A stretch of DNA of 32,000 nt, from positions 1,770,001 to 1,802,000 of the forward strand of contig NZ_LN831024.1 of assembly GCF_001457615.1 (NCBI RefSeq), written 5' to 3'. A program made the position numbers and the translations under genes. A model generated the notes under the pieces. That model was not told where the DNA came from. It searched no databases and saw nothing but the letters and a program-made list of their open reading frames with translations. The stretch is from Pseudomonas aeruginosa. Its GTDB lineage: Bacteria > Pseudomonadota > Gammaproteobacteria > Pseudomonadales > Pseudomonadaceae. Shown one piece after another: positions 1-8,566 of this stretch (its first letter is position 1; each line of letters opens with the position of its first letter).

Positions 1-33
1 TCCAGAGGCAAGGGCCGGAGGAGGAGAATCAGC

Positions 34-489
34 ATGCCCAATTATCTGATGGTACTGATGGCAGTTTCGGTGGGCGGCATGGTGGTGCTGCAGGCCGGCA
101 GCAACGCCTTGCTCGGGCGCCTGCTCGGCCATCCGCTGAGCGCCAGCCTGACTTCGCTGGGCGTCAGCCTCGGGGTGGTCAGCCTGGGCCTGCTGCTGGT
201 GCGGGTGCCGCTGCCGGCTACCGCCAGCCTCGGCGGCGCGCCCTGGTGGAGCTGGCTCGGCGGGCTGTTCGGCGCGGCCTACCTGACGGTGGCGATCCTG
301 GTCGCGCCGCGCCTGGGTGCCGCCACTTTCATCGCGTGCGTGGTGGCCGGGCAGATGCTGGTCTCGGCGCTCTGCGACCAGTTCGGCTGGGCCGGTTTCC
401 CGGTGCGCCGTTTGTCCTGGGAGGGCTATCTCGGCCTGGCGCTGGTGGTGGCGGGGGTATTGCTCCTGCAATGGCGGGGAAGAGCGTGA
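34..489 (+). CDS. DMT superfamily / YdcZ-like (DUF606) inner-membrane protein
   Basis: 151-aa ORF of hydrophobic TM segments (GGMVVLQAGSNALLGRLLG...GAATFIACVVAGQMLVSALCDQFGW), typical of the YdcZ family; SD-like ggaggaga just upstream. Confidence 0.8.
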   Translation: MPNYLMVLMAVSVGGMVVLQAGSNALLGRLLGHPLSASLTSLGVSLGVVSLGLLLVRVPLPATASLGGAPWWSWLGGLFGAAYLTVAILVAPRLGAATFIACVVAGQMLVSALCDQFGWAGFPVRRLSWEGYLGLALVVAGVLLLQWRGRA

Positions 490-539
490 GGAGAGTGCCG
501 GCGAAGGCTGTCAAGTGGAATCTGGCCTAGACCAAAATC

Positions 540-568
540 TTGATCTCAAATTGTGATGAAGTTGGCAT
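540..568 (+). promoter_or_regulatory. Probable Pho box (PhoB-binding direct repeats) upstream of plcN
   Basis: TTGTGAT-GAAG-TTGGCAT (551-568) fits the 7-4-7 Pho box layout (CTGTCATnnnnCTGTCAT-like); a weaker third repeat TTGATCT lies at 540-546 in the same 11-bp phase. Confidence 0.6.
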
Positions 569-719
569 GAATAGTTGTTGCAAAGCGTGTTGAAACCAAA
601 GCGTCTTTTTCCCTCACTAGCGTCGTCGGGGTTCGAACAGCTTGCTGCCGAGTGAGCCTGCGGGCGTCATGGATGCGCTCGGCAGCCCTGTGCCACACCC
701 TGACCTGGTGAGTCCCCCG

Positions 720-2798
720 ATGATTTCGAAAAGCAGAAGAAGCTTCATCCGCCTGGCCGCCGGTACGGTCGGCGCCACCGTCGCCACCAGCATGCTGCCG
801 TCGAGCATCCAGGCGGCCCTGGCGATTCCCGCGCACCGCCGGCATGGCAACCTCAAGGACGTCGAGCACGTGGTGATCCTGATGCAGGAGAACCGCTCCT
901 TCGACCACTATTTCGGCACCCTCAAGGGCGTCCGCGGCTTCGGCGACCGCATGGCGATCCCGCTGCCCGATGGCCAGCGGGTCTGGCACCAGAAGGGCAG
1001 CAAGGGCGAGATCCTGCCCTACCACTTCGACACCAGCACCACCAGCGCCCAGCGCGTCGACGGCACCCCGCACACCTGGCCGGACGCCCAGCAGGCCTGG
1101 AACGAAGGGCGCATGGACAAGTGGTTGCCGGCCAAGACCGAGCGTTCCCTGGGCTACTACAAGGAGCAGGACATCGCCTTCCAGTTCGCGATGGCCAACG
1201 CCTTCACCATCTGCGACGCCTATCACTGCTCGTTCCAGGGCGGCACCAACCCCAACCGGCTGTTCCTCTGGACCGGCACCAACGACCCGCTCGGCCAGCA
1301 CGGTGGTCCGGTAACCACCAACGACCACGACAGCAACGGCCCGGTGGAGCAGGGCTACACCTGGACCACCTATCCCGAGCGCCTGCAGGCTGCCGGCATC
1401 ACCTGGCGGGTCTACCAGGACATGGCCGACAACTTCTCCGACAACCCGCTGATCGGCTTCCGCCAGTACCGCGCCGCGGCGCCTGACTCGCCGCTGATCG
1501 TCAACGGCCTGAGCACCTGGAAGCTCGATGCGCTGAAGCGCGACGTGCTGGCCAACAGCCTGCCGCAGGTGTCCTGGATCGTCGCCCCGGCCAAGTACTC
1601 CGAACACCCCGGCCCGTCCAGCCCGATCTGGGGGGCCGAGTACACTTCCTGGGTACTCGACGCGCTGACCGCCAACCCGGAGGTCTGGAGCAAGACCGCG
1701 CTGCTGGTGATGTTCGACGAGAACGACGGCTTCTTCGACCACGTCGCCCCGCCGGCCGCGCCGAGCCTGAACAAGGACGGCACGCTGCGCGGCAAGACCA
1801 CCGCCGACGCCACCCTCGAATGGCACACCAAGGGCGATATCCGTTATCGCAACCAGCCCTACGGCCTCGGCCCGCGGGTGCCGATGTACGTGATCTCGCC
1901 GTGGAGCAAGGGCGGCTGGGTCAACTCCCAGGTGTTCGACCACACCTCGGTGATCCGCTTCCTGGAGCAGCGCTTCGGGGTCATGGAGCCGAATATCAGT
2001 CCCTGGCGTCGTGCCGTCTGCGGCGACCTGACCTCGGCGTTCAACTTCGCCAACCCGAACAACGAGCCGTTCCCCGAACTGCCCGACACCAGCCAGGCCG
2101 ACGCCATCGTCGCCAGCCAGATCAAGCTGCCGAAGCCGAAGCCGCCGGCGGTGGCCGCCATGCCCAAGCAGGAAATGGGCATCCGTCCGGCCCGCGCCTT
2201 GCCCTACGAGCTGGGCGTGCATGCGCGCTACCGCAGCGGCGGAGATGCGCTGAGCCTGACCTTCGCCAACACCGGCAAGGCCGGCGCGGTGTTCCAGGTG
2301 TTCGACCTGCTCGACAGCGAGAACCCGCCGAAACGCTACACCGTCGGCGCGCGCAAGCGCCTGCACGACAGCTTCCAGGGCGACGCCAGCGGCGACTACC
2401 ACCTGGAAGTGCACGGTCCGAACGGTTTCCTCCGGGTCTTTCGCGGCAACCTGCGGCGCGACCTGGCGGAGCGCAAGGCGCCGCTGCCGGAAGTGCGGAT
2501 CGACTACGAGCCGCTGTTCGGCAACCTGCGCGTGCAACTGATCAACCGTGGCCGCCATCCGGTCAAGCTGACGGTCAAGGACAACGTCTATCGCCAGGGC
2601 GAGCGGCGTACCGTCAACGTGCCGCCGGGACAGCGCCGGGAAGTCCGCTATTCGCTGCGCAGCAGCGGCAACTGGTACGACTTCAGCGTCAGCGCGCAGG
2701 GGGCGGACAGCTTCCTGCGGCGTTTCAGCGGTCGCATGGAAGATGGTCGCTCCGGCTTCAGCGATCCGGGCATGGGCCTGGGCACGCTGACCTTCTGA
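720..2798 (+). CDS. plcN: Non-hemolytic phospholipase C PlcN (Tat-exported)
   Basis: 692-aa protein starting MISKSRRSFIRLAAGTVGATVATSMLPSSIQAALA (twin-arginine signal), then NLKDVEHVVILMQENRSFDHYFGTLKGVRGF, and the phosphoesterase core plus C-terminal DUF756-type repeats of PC-PLC. The ORF is open further upstream (642), but the Tat signal fixes the start at 720. Confidence 0.95.
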   Translation: MISKSRRSFIRLAAGTVGATVATSMLPSSIQAALAIPAHRRHGNLKDVEHVVILMQENRSFDHYFGTLKGVRGFGDRMAIPLPDGQRVWHQKGSKGEILPYHFDTSTTSAQRVDGTPHTWPDAQQAWNEGRMDKWLPAKTERSLGYYKEQDIAFQFAMANAFTICDAYHCSFQGGTNPNRLFLWTGTNDPLGQHGGPVTTNDHDSNGPVEQGYTWTTYPERLQAAGITWRVYQDMADNFSDNPLIGFRQYRAAAPDSPLIVNGLSTWKLDALKRDVLANSLPQVSWIVAPAKYSEHPGPSSPIWGAEYTSWVLDALTANPEVWSKTALLVMFDENDGFFDHVAPPAAPSLNKDGTLRGKTTADATLEWHTKGDIRYRNQPYGLGPRVPMYVISPWSKGGWVNSQVFDHTSVIRFLEQRFGVMEPNISPWRRAVCGDLTSAFNFANPNNEPFPELPDTSQADAIVASQIKLPKPKPPAVAAMPKQEMGIRPARALPYELGVHARYRSGGDALSLTFANTGKAGAVFQVFDLLDSENPPKRYTVGARKRLHDSFQGDASGDYHLEVHGPNGFLRVFRGNLRRDLAERKAPLPEVRIDYEPLFGNLRVQLINRGRHPVKLTVKDNVYRQGERRTVNVPPGQRREVRYSLRSSGNWYDFSVSAQGADSFLRRFSGRMEDGRSGFSDPGMGLGTLTF

Positions 2799-2807
2799 CC
2801 CGGACGG

Positions 2808-2843
2808 CCGCGCCGGCTCCCTGCAATGGGGCGGCCGGCGCGG
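2808..2843. terminator. GC-rich inverted repeat between convergent genes, possible terminator
   Basis: CCGCGCCGG (2808-2816) pairs with CCGGCGCGG (2835-2843), located between the plcN stop and the stop of the minus-strand ORF. No U-tract. Confidence 0.35.
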
Positions 2844-2855
2844 ACGGCCTGCGCC

Positions 2856-3356
2856 CTAGTCGAGGGGAACCGGGTAGAGGGTATTGAGGATCCACTTGCC
2901 GTCCTTCAGGACGAAACCGTACGAAATCTCCTTGGCCATGTACGTATCCCAGCGCGTGCAGGCGCCCTGGCCGTCGGCCTGCTTGCAGGAGTAGGCATCG
3001 ATCTTGCCCATGTGCAGCTTCTCCAGGGAAACCACCTGGAACTTGCTGTTGCCGCTGCAGGCCACCGGATTGTCGATGTATCTGTACTGGCGCCAGGCCG
3101 CGTCGTAGTTGCCTCTCGACTTGAACAGGGTCTTGTCTTTCTGCGACGAGCCGGACGGCGGCGTCATCCCGTAGATGTGCTGGGTCACGTGGCCGCCCAT
3201 CGAGGTATTGCGCGTGGCGTCGGCGCTTTGCTGCACGCTGGTGATGTCGCGGCAGGCGGCGGCGTTGGCCGAGGAGGCCAGCAGCAGAAGGGCGGAGAAA
3301 CCCAGGCCGGCGACGCACTGGCGTGCGTCGGGGCGGGGCAGTGAAAAGCGGTTCAT
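2856..3356 (-). CDS. Small secreted/periplasmic protein of unknown function (166 aa)
   Basis: Start MNRFSLPRPDARQCVAGLGFSALLLLASSANAAA is a Sec signal; mature part has 4 Cys (ACRD, VACSG, YSCKQ, ACTRW). The ORF track extends to 3794 but the signal peptide fixes the start at 3356. Confidence 0.8.
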   Translation of the reverse strand: MNRFSLPRPDARQCVAGLGFSALLLLASSANAAACRDITSVQQSADATRNTSMGGHVTQHIYGMTPPSGSSQKDKTLFKSRGNYDAAWRQYRYIDNPVACSGNSKFQVVSLEKLHMGKIDAYSCKQADGQGACTRWDTYMAKEISYGFVLKDGKWILNTLYPVPLD

Positions 3357-3421
3357 CGGCGGCTCCTGTGAGATGGATTGCTTATGAAGGAACGCCGCCG
3401 CGCAGTTTTCGTGAAGATGCC

Positions 3422-4150
3422 TCAGTCGCGATAGCGTGGTGGCGGCGCGTAGCCGCCGCCGTTCCGGGCGTCGGCGGGAAATGCCTGCGGTCCGTCGGCC
3501 GGCGCCTCGCGACCGCTGGCCGGAGCGTCCAGCTCGAACAGGGCCACGCCGATCACGCCGAGGTTGCGGCTGTCGCCGGCCGTGCTGTTGCTGGCGTAGG
3601 CATCGTCGGGGCTGGCGAAGCGGAACGCCGCGACTTCCCGTTCGTTCTTGCGGAAGCCCTCGATCACCAGGCTCTCGCCCGGTTCCAGCACATAGCCGCG
3701 GTTCTTCAGGCTGCCCGGCTGGCCGTTGAGCACGTCCAGGCCGTCTACCGTGGCGACCACCTCGTAGGTCGCGCTGCCGAGGTTGTTCAGCCACAGTCGG
3801 TAGCGCTGGCCTTCACGACCCTGCAATTGCAGGGTGCTGCGGTGCTGCACGAGGTCGAACTTGCCGCCATCCTCGTCGAGTACGGCGAAGCCCACCCTGC
3901 CCTTGGCCAGGGGCAGTTCCTTGATGGCACGTCCATCGAAGCGGCTCGCGCTGTAGAACACCTGGCGGCGATCGACCGGTTGCTCCGATAGACGTCGCAG
4001 GGCCACCGAGGTGACCGGCGAGGCGACGCCTTCGCCCCATTGGGTGCCGAGCCGCTGCTCGGTCGGCGCGCCGGCCTGCTGTTGGGGCAGGCTGCAGCCG
4101 CCGAGGGCCAGCAGGCCCAGCAGTAATGCGGATAGCAGTGGTTTGCGCAT
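3422..4150 (-). CDS. Putative lipoprotein of unknown function (242 aa)
   Basis: MRKPLLSALLLGLLALGGCSLPQQQ lipobox (LGGC); SD-like ggaagga upstream. Confidence 0.8.
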   Translation of the reverse strand: MRKPLLSALLLGLLALGGCSLPQQQAGAPTEQRLGTQWGEGVASPVTSVALRRLSEQPVDRRQVFYSASRFDGRAIKELPLAKGRVGFAVLDEDGGKFDLVQHRSTLQLQGREGQRYRLWLNNLGSATYEVVATVDGLDVLNGQPGSLKNRGYVLEPGESLVIEGFRKNEREVAAFRFASPDDAYASNSTAGDSRNLGVIGVALFELDAPASGREAPADGPQAFPADARNGGGYAPPPRYRD

Positions 4151-4273
4151 GGTTCCTTCCTCTCCCTGGACACCTGGAGGCGGGGTGCCTCCCTGATGGC
4201 TCCGAGCACCGATGATGCCCGATCTTCGGCGGGCTTCGTAAATTTCCTCGAACGGGCGCGGCGGCGCGTCTTC

Positions 4274-5044
4274 CTATTGGCTGACCCAGCGCTGCCGCGC
4301 CCAGGCGCTCAGGCTGTCGACCCCGAGCACCAGGACCAGCATGGCCAGGATCACCGTGGCGGCCTGGGCCTGCTGGAACAGGCTCAGGCTGAAATAGAGC
4401 ATCTGCCCGAGCCCGCCGGCACCGACGAAGCCGAGCACGCTGGCCATGCGGATATTGTTCTCCCAGCGGTACAGGGTATAGGCCACCAGTTGCGGCCAGA
4501 CCCCCGGCAGGGTGCCATAGGCGAATGCAGCGAGGCGACCGCTGCCGGCCAGGCGCAAGGCCTCGGCGGGCTGCGCCGGAGTGTTCTCCAGGGCTTCGGC
4601 GAACAGCCGGCCGAGCACGCCGCCGGTGTGCAGCGCCAGGGCGAGGGTCCCGGCGTTCGGCCCGAGCCCGGCCGCCAGCACCATCAGCGCGCCCCAGACC
4701 AGCTCCGGCACCGCGCGCAGCGCATTGAGCAGGAGTCGCGCCAGGCTCTGCGCCGGCACGCCGAAGCGACCTGCCGCCGGCAGCGCGAAGAGCAGGCCGA
4801 GCAGCGCCGCCAGCAGGGTGCCGATGGCCGACATGGCCAGGGTTTCCAGCAGCCCCCGGCCAATCGCCCGCAGGTGCGGAGCGGACAGGTCGGGCGGGAA
4901 GAACTCGCTGGCGTAGGCGGCCATCTGGCCCAGTCCCTTGCCGCTGAAAAGACCTGCGGTGTCCATGTCCAGATAGGCGAACGAGGCGCCCACCGCGGCC
5001 ACCACCAGCAGCGGCCAGAGCAGCAGGCGCCAGGTCCGGCTCAT
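4274..5044 (-). CDS. ABC transporter permease, PhnE family (permease 2)
   Basis: 256 aa starting MSRTWRLLLWPLLVVAAVGA; binding-protein-dependent permease region YTLYRWENNIRMASVLGFVGAGGLGQMLYFSLSLF. ATGA overlap with the upstream permease gene at 5041-5044. Confidence 0.88.
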   Translation of the reverse strand: MSRTWRLLLWPLLVVAAVGASFAYLDMDTAGLFSGKGLGQMAAYASEFFPPDLSAPHLRAIGRGLLETLAMSAIGTLLAALLGLLFALPAAGRFGVPAQSLARLLLNALRAVPELVWGALMVLAAGLGPNAGTLALALHTGGVLGRLFAEALENTPAQPAEALRLAGSGRLAAFAYGTLPGVWPQLVAYTLYRWENNIRMASVLGFVGAGGLGQMLYFSLSLFQQAQAATVILAMLVLVLGVDSLSAWARQRWVSQ

Positions 5045-5805
5045 GCCAGCCTCCCGCGCAGGAAGCGGCTCAGCAGGTCGGCGAGGAGGACCAGCAGGAG
5101 GAAGGTCAGCAGGATGCTGGCAACCTCGCCGCCGGCGAACATCCGCAGCGACAGGTCGATCTGCTGGCCGAGGCCGCCGGCGCCGACGAAGCCCATCACC
5201 ACCGAAGCACGGATCGCGCACTCCCAGCGATAGACAGTGTAGGAAATCATTTCCCCGGCGGCGTTCGGCAGCACCCCGTAGGCGAACGCCGCCAGCCGCG
5301 ATCCGCCGCCCAGCAGCAGGGCGCGGGTGGGGCGCGGATCCACCGACTCGAAGATTTCCGCGTAGACCTTGCCGAGCATGCCGGCATAGGTGATGGCGAT
5401 GGCCAACACCCCGGCGGTGGGGCCCAGGCCCACGGCGCGGACGAACAGCAGCGCCCAGACGATTTCCGGCACGCTGCGCAGGAGGATCAGCAGGCCGCGC
5501 ACCGGCCAGCGCAGTGCCCGTGCCCACCAGGCCGGCAGGCCGCCGCGCGGCAGTGCCGAGAGCGACAGGGCGCGGGTCGCCAGCAGTGCGGCGGGAAACG
5601 CCAGGAGCCAGGCCAGGGCCATGCCGGCGGTGGCGATGGCGAGGGTTTCCAGGGTGGCGCGGCCGAGCAGGGCGAGGAACCCGGGATCGTGTGCCGGCGG
5701 CCAGAAGCCGGCGAGGAAACCGCCCATGGTGCGCGCGTTGTCGCCGCTGAACAGGCCGGGGATATCCAGTTCGCTGAGGCGCAGCCCCGGCCAGAGCAGC
5801 AGCAA
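5041..5805 (-). CDS. ABC transporter permease, PhnE family (permease 1); 5' end uncertain, see finding
   Basis: YTVYRWECAIRASVVMGFVGAGGLGQQIDLSLRMF motif parallels permease 2. The ORF track start at 5805 is a TTG inside a TM helix. Confidence 0.8.
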   Translation of the reverse strand: MLLLWPGLRLSELDIPGLFSGDNARTMGGFLAGFWPPAHDPGFLALLGRATLETLAIATAGMALAWLLAFPAALLATRALSLSALPRGGLPAWWARALRWPVRGLLILLRSVPEIVWALLFVRAVGLGPTAGVLAIAITYAGMLGKVYAEIFESVDPRPTRALLLGGGSRLAAFAYGVLPNAAGEMISYTVYRWECAIRASVVMGFVGAGGLGQQIDLSLRMFAGGEVASILLTFLLLVLLADLLSRFLRGRLA

Positions 5806-5866
5806 CGCGGCCAGGGTCAGCAGCAGGCGCGGCAGGGCGGCGGGTCGCGCGGCGGAGAAGCGGCGT

Positions 5867-6670
5867 TCAGCATCGTGGGATGTGCACCACGGCGGGTTCG
5901 CCGGCCGGGCTGGCGCGCTCGGCCTGCAGTTGTTCGTTGGCGTAGAGGGCGTCCAGCGCGGCGCGGTCGACTTCGCCGGCGGGCAGGTCGAAGGCGATGC
6001 GTCCGGCGCGCAGCCCGATCACCCGGGGGAAGTGTTGCAGCGCCAGGTCCACCGCGTGCAGGCTGGCCAGCAGGGTGCTGCCGCGCGCGGCGGCCTCGCG
6101 GTTGAGCAAGGCCAGGGTATGGCCGGCGAGCACCGGGTCCATGGCCGAGACCGGTTCGTCGGCGAGGATCAGCTCGGCGCGCTGGTAGAGCACCCGGGCG
6201 ATGCCGACCCGCTGCAACTGGCCGCCGGAAAGCTGGTCGCAGCGCTGGAACAGCTTGTCGCCGAGATCCAGGCGTTGCAGTGCGTCGTGGGCGCCGGCGC
6301 GGTCCAGCGGATAGACCAGGCTGACCAGGCTCTTCCATAGCGGCCACTGGCCGAGGCGCCCGGCCAGTACCGCGCTGACCACCCGCTGCCGTGGCGGCAG
6401 CGGTGGTGCCTGGTGGACCAGGCCGATGCGCGCGCGCAGGCGTTGGCGGGCGGCGGCGGATAGCGCCCAGGGCTCCTCGCCGAGCAGTTCGACACGGCCG
6501 GCGCTGGGCCGCCATTGGCTGGCGAGCACCCGCAGCAGGCTGGTCTTGCCGGCGCCGGAAGGTCCGATCAGGGCTACCCGTTCGCCAGCGGCCAGGCGCA
6601 GGCGGATGTCGGCAAGGGCGCGTTGGCCGTCGGCGTGGACCAGGTCCACGCCGTCGAGGCTCAGGCTCAC
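5867..6670 (-). CDS. ABC transporter ATP-binding protein, PhnC-like
   Basis: Walker [13 protein letters not shown], signature [15 protein letters not shown], Walker [14 protein letters not shown]; ATGA overlap with the upstream gene. Confidence 0.9.
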   Translation of the reverse strand: MSLSLDGVDLVHADGQRALADIRLRLAAGERVALIGPSGAGKTSLLRVLASQWRPSAGRVELLGEEPWALSAAARQRLRARIGLVHQAPPLPPRQRVVSAVLAGRLGQWPLWKSLVSLVYPLDRAGAHDALQRLDLGDKLFQRCDQLSGGQLQRVGIARVLYQRAELILADEPVSAMDPVLAGHTLALLNREAAARGSTLLASLHAVDLALQHFPRVIGLRAGRIAFDLPAGEVDRAALDALYANEQLQAERASPAGEPAVVHIPRC

Positions 6671-7524
6671 TTCAGCAGGCCGGCGGCGCGTGCGGACTCC
6701 TCGATGCCCTTGTAGTTGTCCGGATTGGTCTCGATGAAGCGGCTGGCGGCCTGCAGGTCGAGGATCTCCTTGTCGGCCGGTTTCGCCGGGTCGAGGGCGA
6801 GGAAGGCCTGCTTGATCTTCTCGGCCAGGGCCGGGTCGAGGTTGCCGCGCACGGTCCAGTTGTAGTCGTAGTAGGTCGGCGTGGTGGCGAAGACCTTGAC
6901 CTTGGCGGTATCGACCTTGCCGCTGTCCACCAGCTTCTGCCAGACCGAGGCGTTCAGCACGCCGGCGTCGACCTTGCCGGCCTGGACCCAGGCTACGGTG
7001 GCGTCGTGGGCGCCGGAGTAGGCGACGCGGGAGAAGAACTGCTCGGGGACGATGCCGTCCTTCTGCATGAAGTAGCGCGGCATCAGGCTGCCCGAGGTGG
7101 AGGAGACCGAGCCGAAGGCGAAGGTCTTGCCCTTCAGGTCCTGCAGGGATTTCACCTGGGGATCGGCCGTGATGAATTTGCTGGTGAACTGCTGGTCCTG
7201 CTCGCGCTGCACCAGGGGGATGGCGTTGCCGGTCTTCAGCCGCGCCTGGACGAAGGTGAAGCCGCCCAGCCAGGCCATGTCCAGGCGGTCGGCGGCCAGC
7301 GCCTCGACCACCCCGGCGTAGTCGGCCACCGGGACGAACTTCACCGGCATGCCGAGTTGCTTCTCCAGATAGGCGCCGAGCGGCTTGAATTTGCGCAGTA
7401 GCTCGGTGGGCGCCTCGTCGGGGATCGCCGAGACCTTGAGTTCTTTCAGGGTTTCGGCGTGGGCGAGCGCGGCGGACAGGGACAGGGCGATGCCGGCGGC
7501 GAGCGCCAGGGAGCGTTTCAACAT
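6667..7524 (-). CDS. Phosphate/phosphite/phosphonate-type ABC substrate-binding protein (PhnD-like)
   Basis: Signal peptide [24 protein letters not shown], then [66 protein letters not shown], characteristic of the PhnD/PtxB family. Confidence 0.88.
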   Translation of the reverse strand: MLKRSLALAAGIALSLSAALAHAETLKELKVSAIPDEAPTELLRKFKPLGAYLEKQLGMPVKFVPVADYAGVVEALAADRLDMAWLGGFTFVQARLKTGNAIPLVQREQDQQFTSKFITADPQVKSLQDLKGKTFAFGSVSSTSGSLMPRYFMQKDGIVPEQFFSRVAYSGAHDATVAWVQAGKVDAGVLNASVWQKLVDSGKVDTAKVKVFATTPTYYDYNWTVRGNLDPALAEKIKQAFLALDPAKPADKEILDLQAASRFIETNPDNYKGIEESARAAGLLK

Positions 7525-7672
7525 GGGAGAGTTCTCCGGTTCAATGGCGGAAAAAACCCGGGGAGTATAGTGGTGCGCGGCCCGCTTGGGCAGCCGTCGC
7601 GGCGTTGCTCGCCGGCGCCTCGCGGGTAATATGGCGCTCCCCGTGCCCATTCGCTGCGTATTGGAGTTCGCC

Positions 7673-8563
7673 ATGTCCGCTTCCCTGCCTTCCCTTGCCT
7701 TCGCCGGTCTCGGCCTGATGGGCGTGCCCATGTGCCGCCGGCTGCTGGCCGCCGGCTATCCGCTGGCGGTGTGGAACCGTTCGCCGGGCAAACGCGAGTT
7801 GCTCGCGGCCGAGGGCGCGAAAGCCGTCGAGGTCCCGGCCGAACTGGCCGCCGACGCGGAAATCCTGATGCTTTGCCTGGCCGATACCGCGGCGGTGCGT
7901 GAAGTGGTGTTCGGCGCCGGCGGCATCGTCGAGAACGCCAGGCCCGGGCAGTTGCTGGTGGATTTCTCCAGCGCCGAGCCGGCCGCCACCCGCGAGATGG
8001 CCGCCGAGCTGGAGGCGCGCTGCGGCGTGCGCTGGGTCGACGCGCCGGTCTCCGGCGGCACGCCGGGCGCGGAAAGCGGCAGCCTGGCGATCATGGCCGG
8101 CGGACGCGCAGCGGATATCGAACGCCTGCGGCCGGTCCTCTCCCGGCTTGGCCAGCGCCTGACGCGCATGGGCGAGGTGGGCGCCGGGCAGGTGACCAAG
8201 GTCTGCAACCAGATGATCGTTGCCTGCAACGCCCTGGTGATCGCCGAAGTGGTGGCGCTGGCGGAGCGGGCCGGGGTCGACGCCAGCCTGGTCGCTCCGG
8301 CGCTGGCGGGCGGCTTCGCCGACTCGAAGCCGTTGCAGATCCTCGCCCCGCAAATGGCCGAGAGCCGTTACGAGCCGGTCAAGTGGCACGTACGGACCCT
8401 GCTCAAGGATCTCGATACCGCGGTGAAGCTGTCCCGCGAGCAAGGCGCGGCCACCCCGATGAGTGGGTTGGCCGCGCAGTTGATGCGTCTGCACGGCAGC
8501 CAGGGCTATCTCGAACGCGATCCGGCGACCCTGGTGGAGCAATACCGGACCGCCGTCGAGTGA
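7673..8563 (+). CDS. NAD-binding 3-hydroxyisobutyrate dehydrogenase-like oxidoreductase
   Basis: Start of Rossmann motif FAGLGLMGVPMCRRLLAAGYPLAVWNRSPGK; substrate motif VDAPVSGGTPGAESGSLAIMAGG; KVCNQMIVACN. 296 aa from ATG 7673. Confidence 0.88.
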   Translation: MSASLPSLAFAGLGLMGVPMCRRLLAAGYPLAVWNRSPGKRELLAAEGAKAVEVPAELAADAEILMLCLADTAAVREVVFGAGGIVENARPGQLLVDFSSAEPAATREMAAELEARCGVRWVDAPVSGGTPGAESGSLAIMAGGRAADIERLRPVLSRLGQRLTRMGEVGAGQVTKVCNQMIVACNALVIAEVVALAERAGVDASLVAPALAGGFADSKPLQILAPQMAESRYEPVKWHVRTLLKDLDTAVKLSREQGAATPMSGLAAQLMRLHGSQGYLERDPATLVEQYRTAVE

Positions 8564-8566
8564 ACC

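Noticed and set aside
546-2558. 670-aa minus-strand ORF opposite plcN
   Set aside because: Antisense shadow of the well-supported plcN gene; composition typical of GC-rich antisense frames, no domain.
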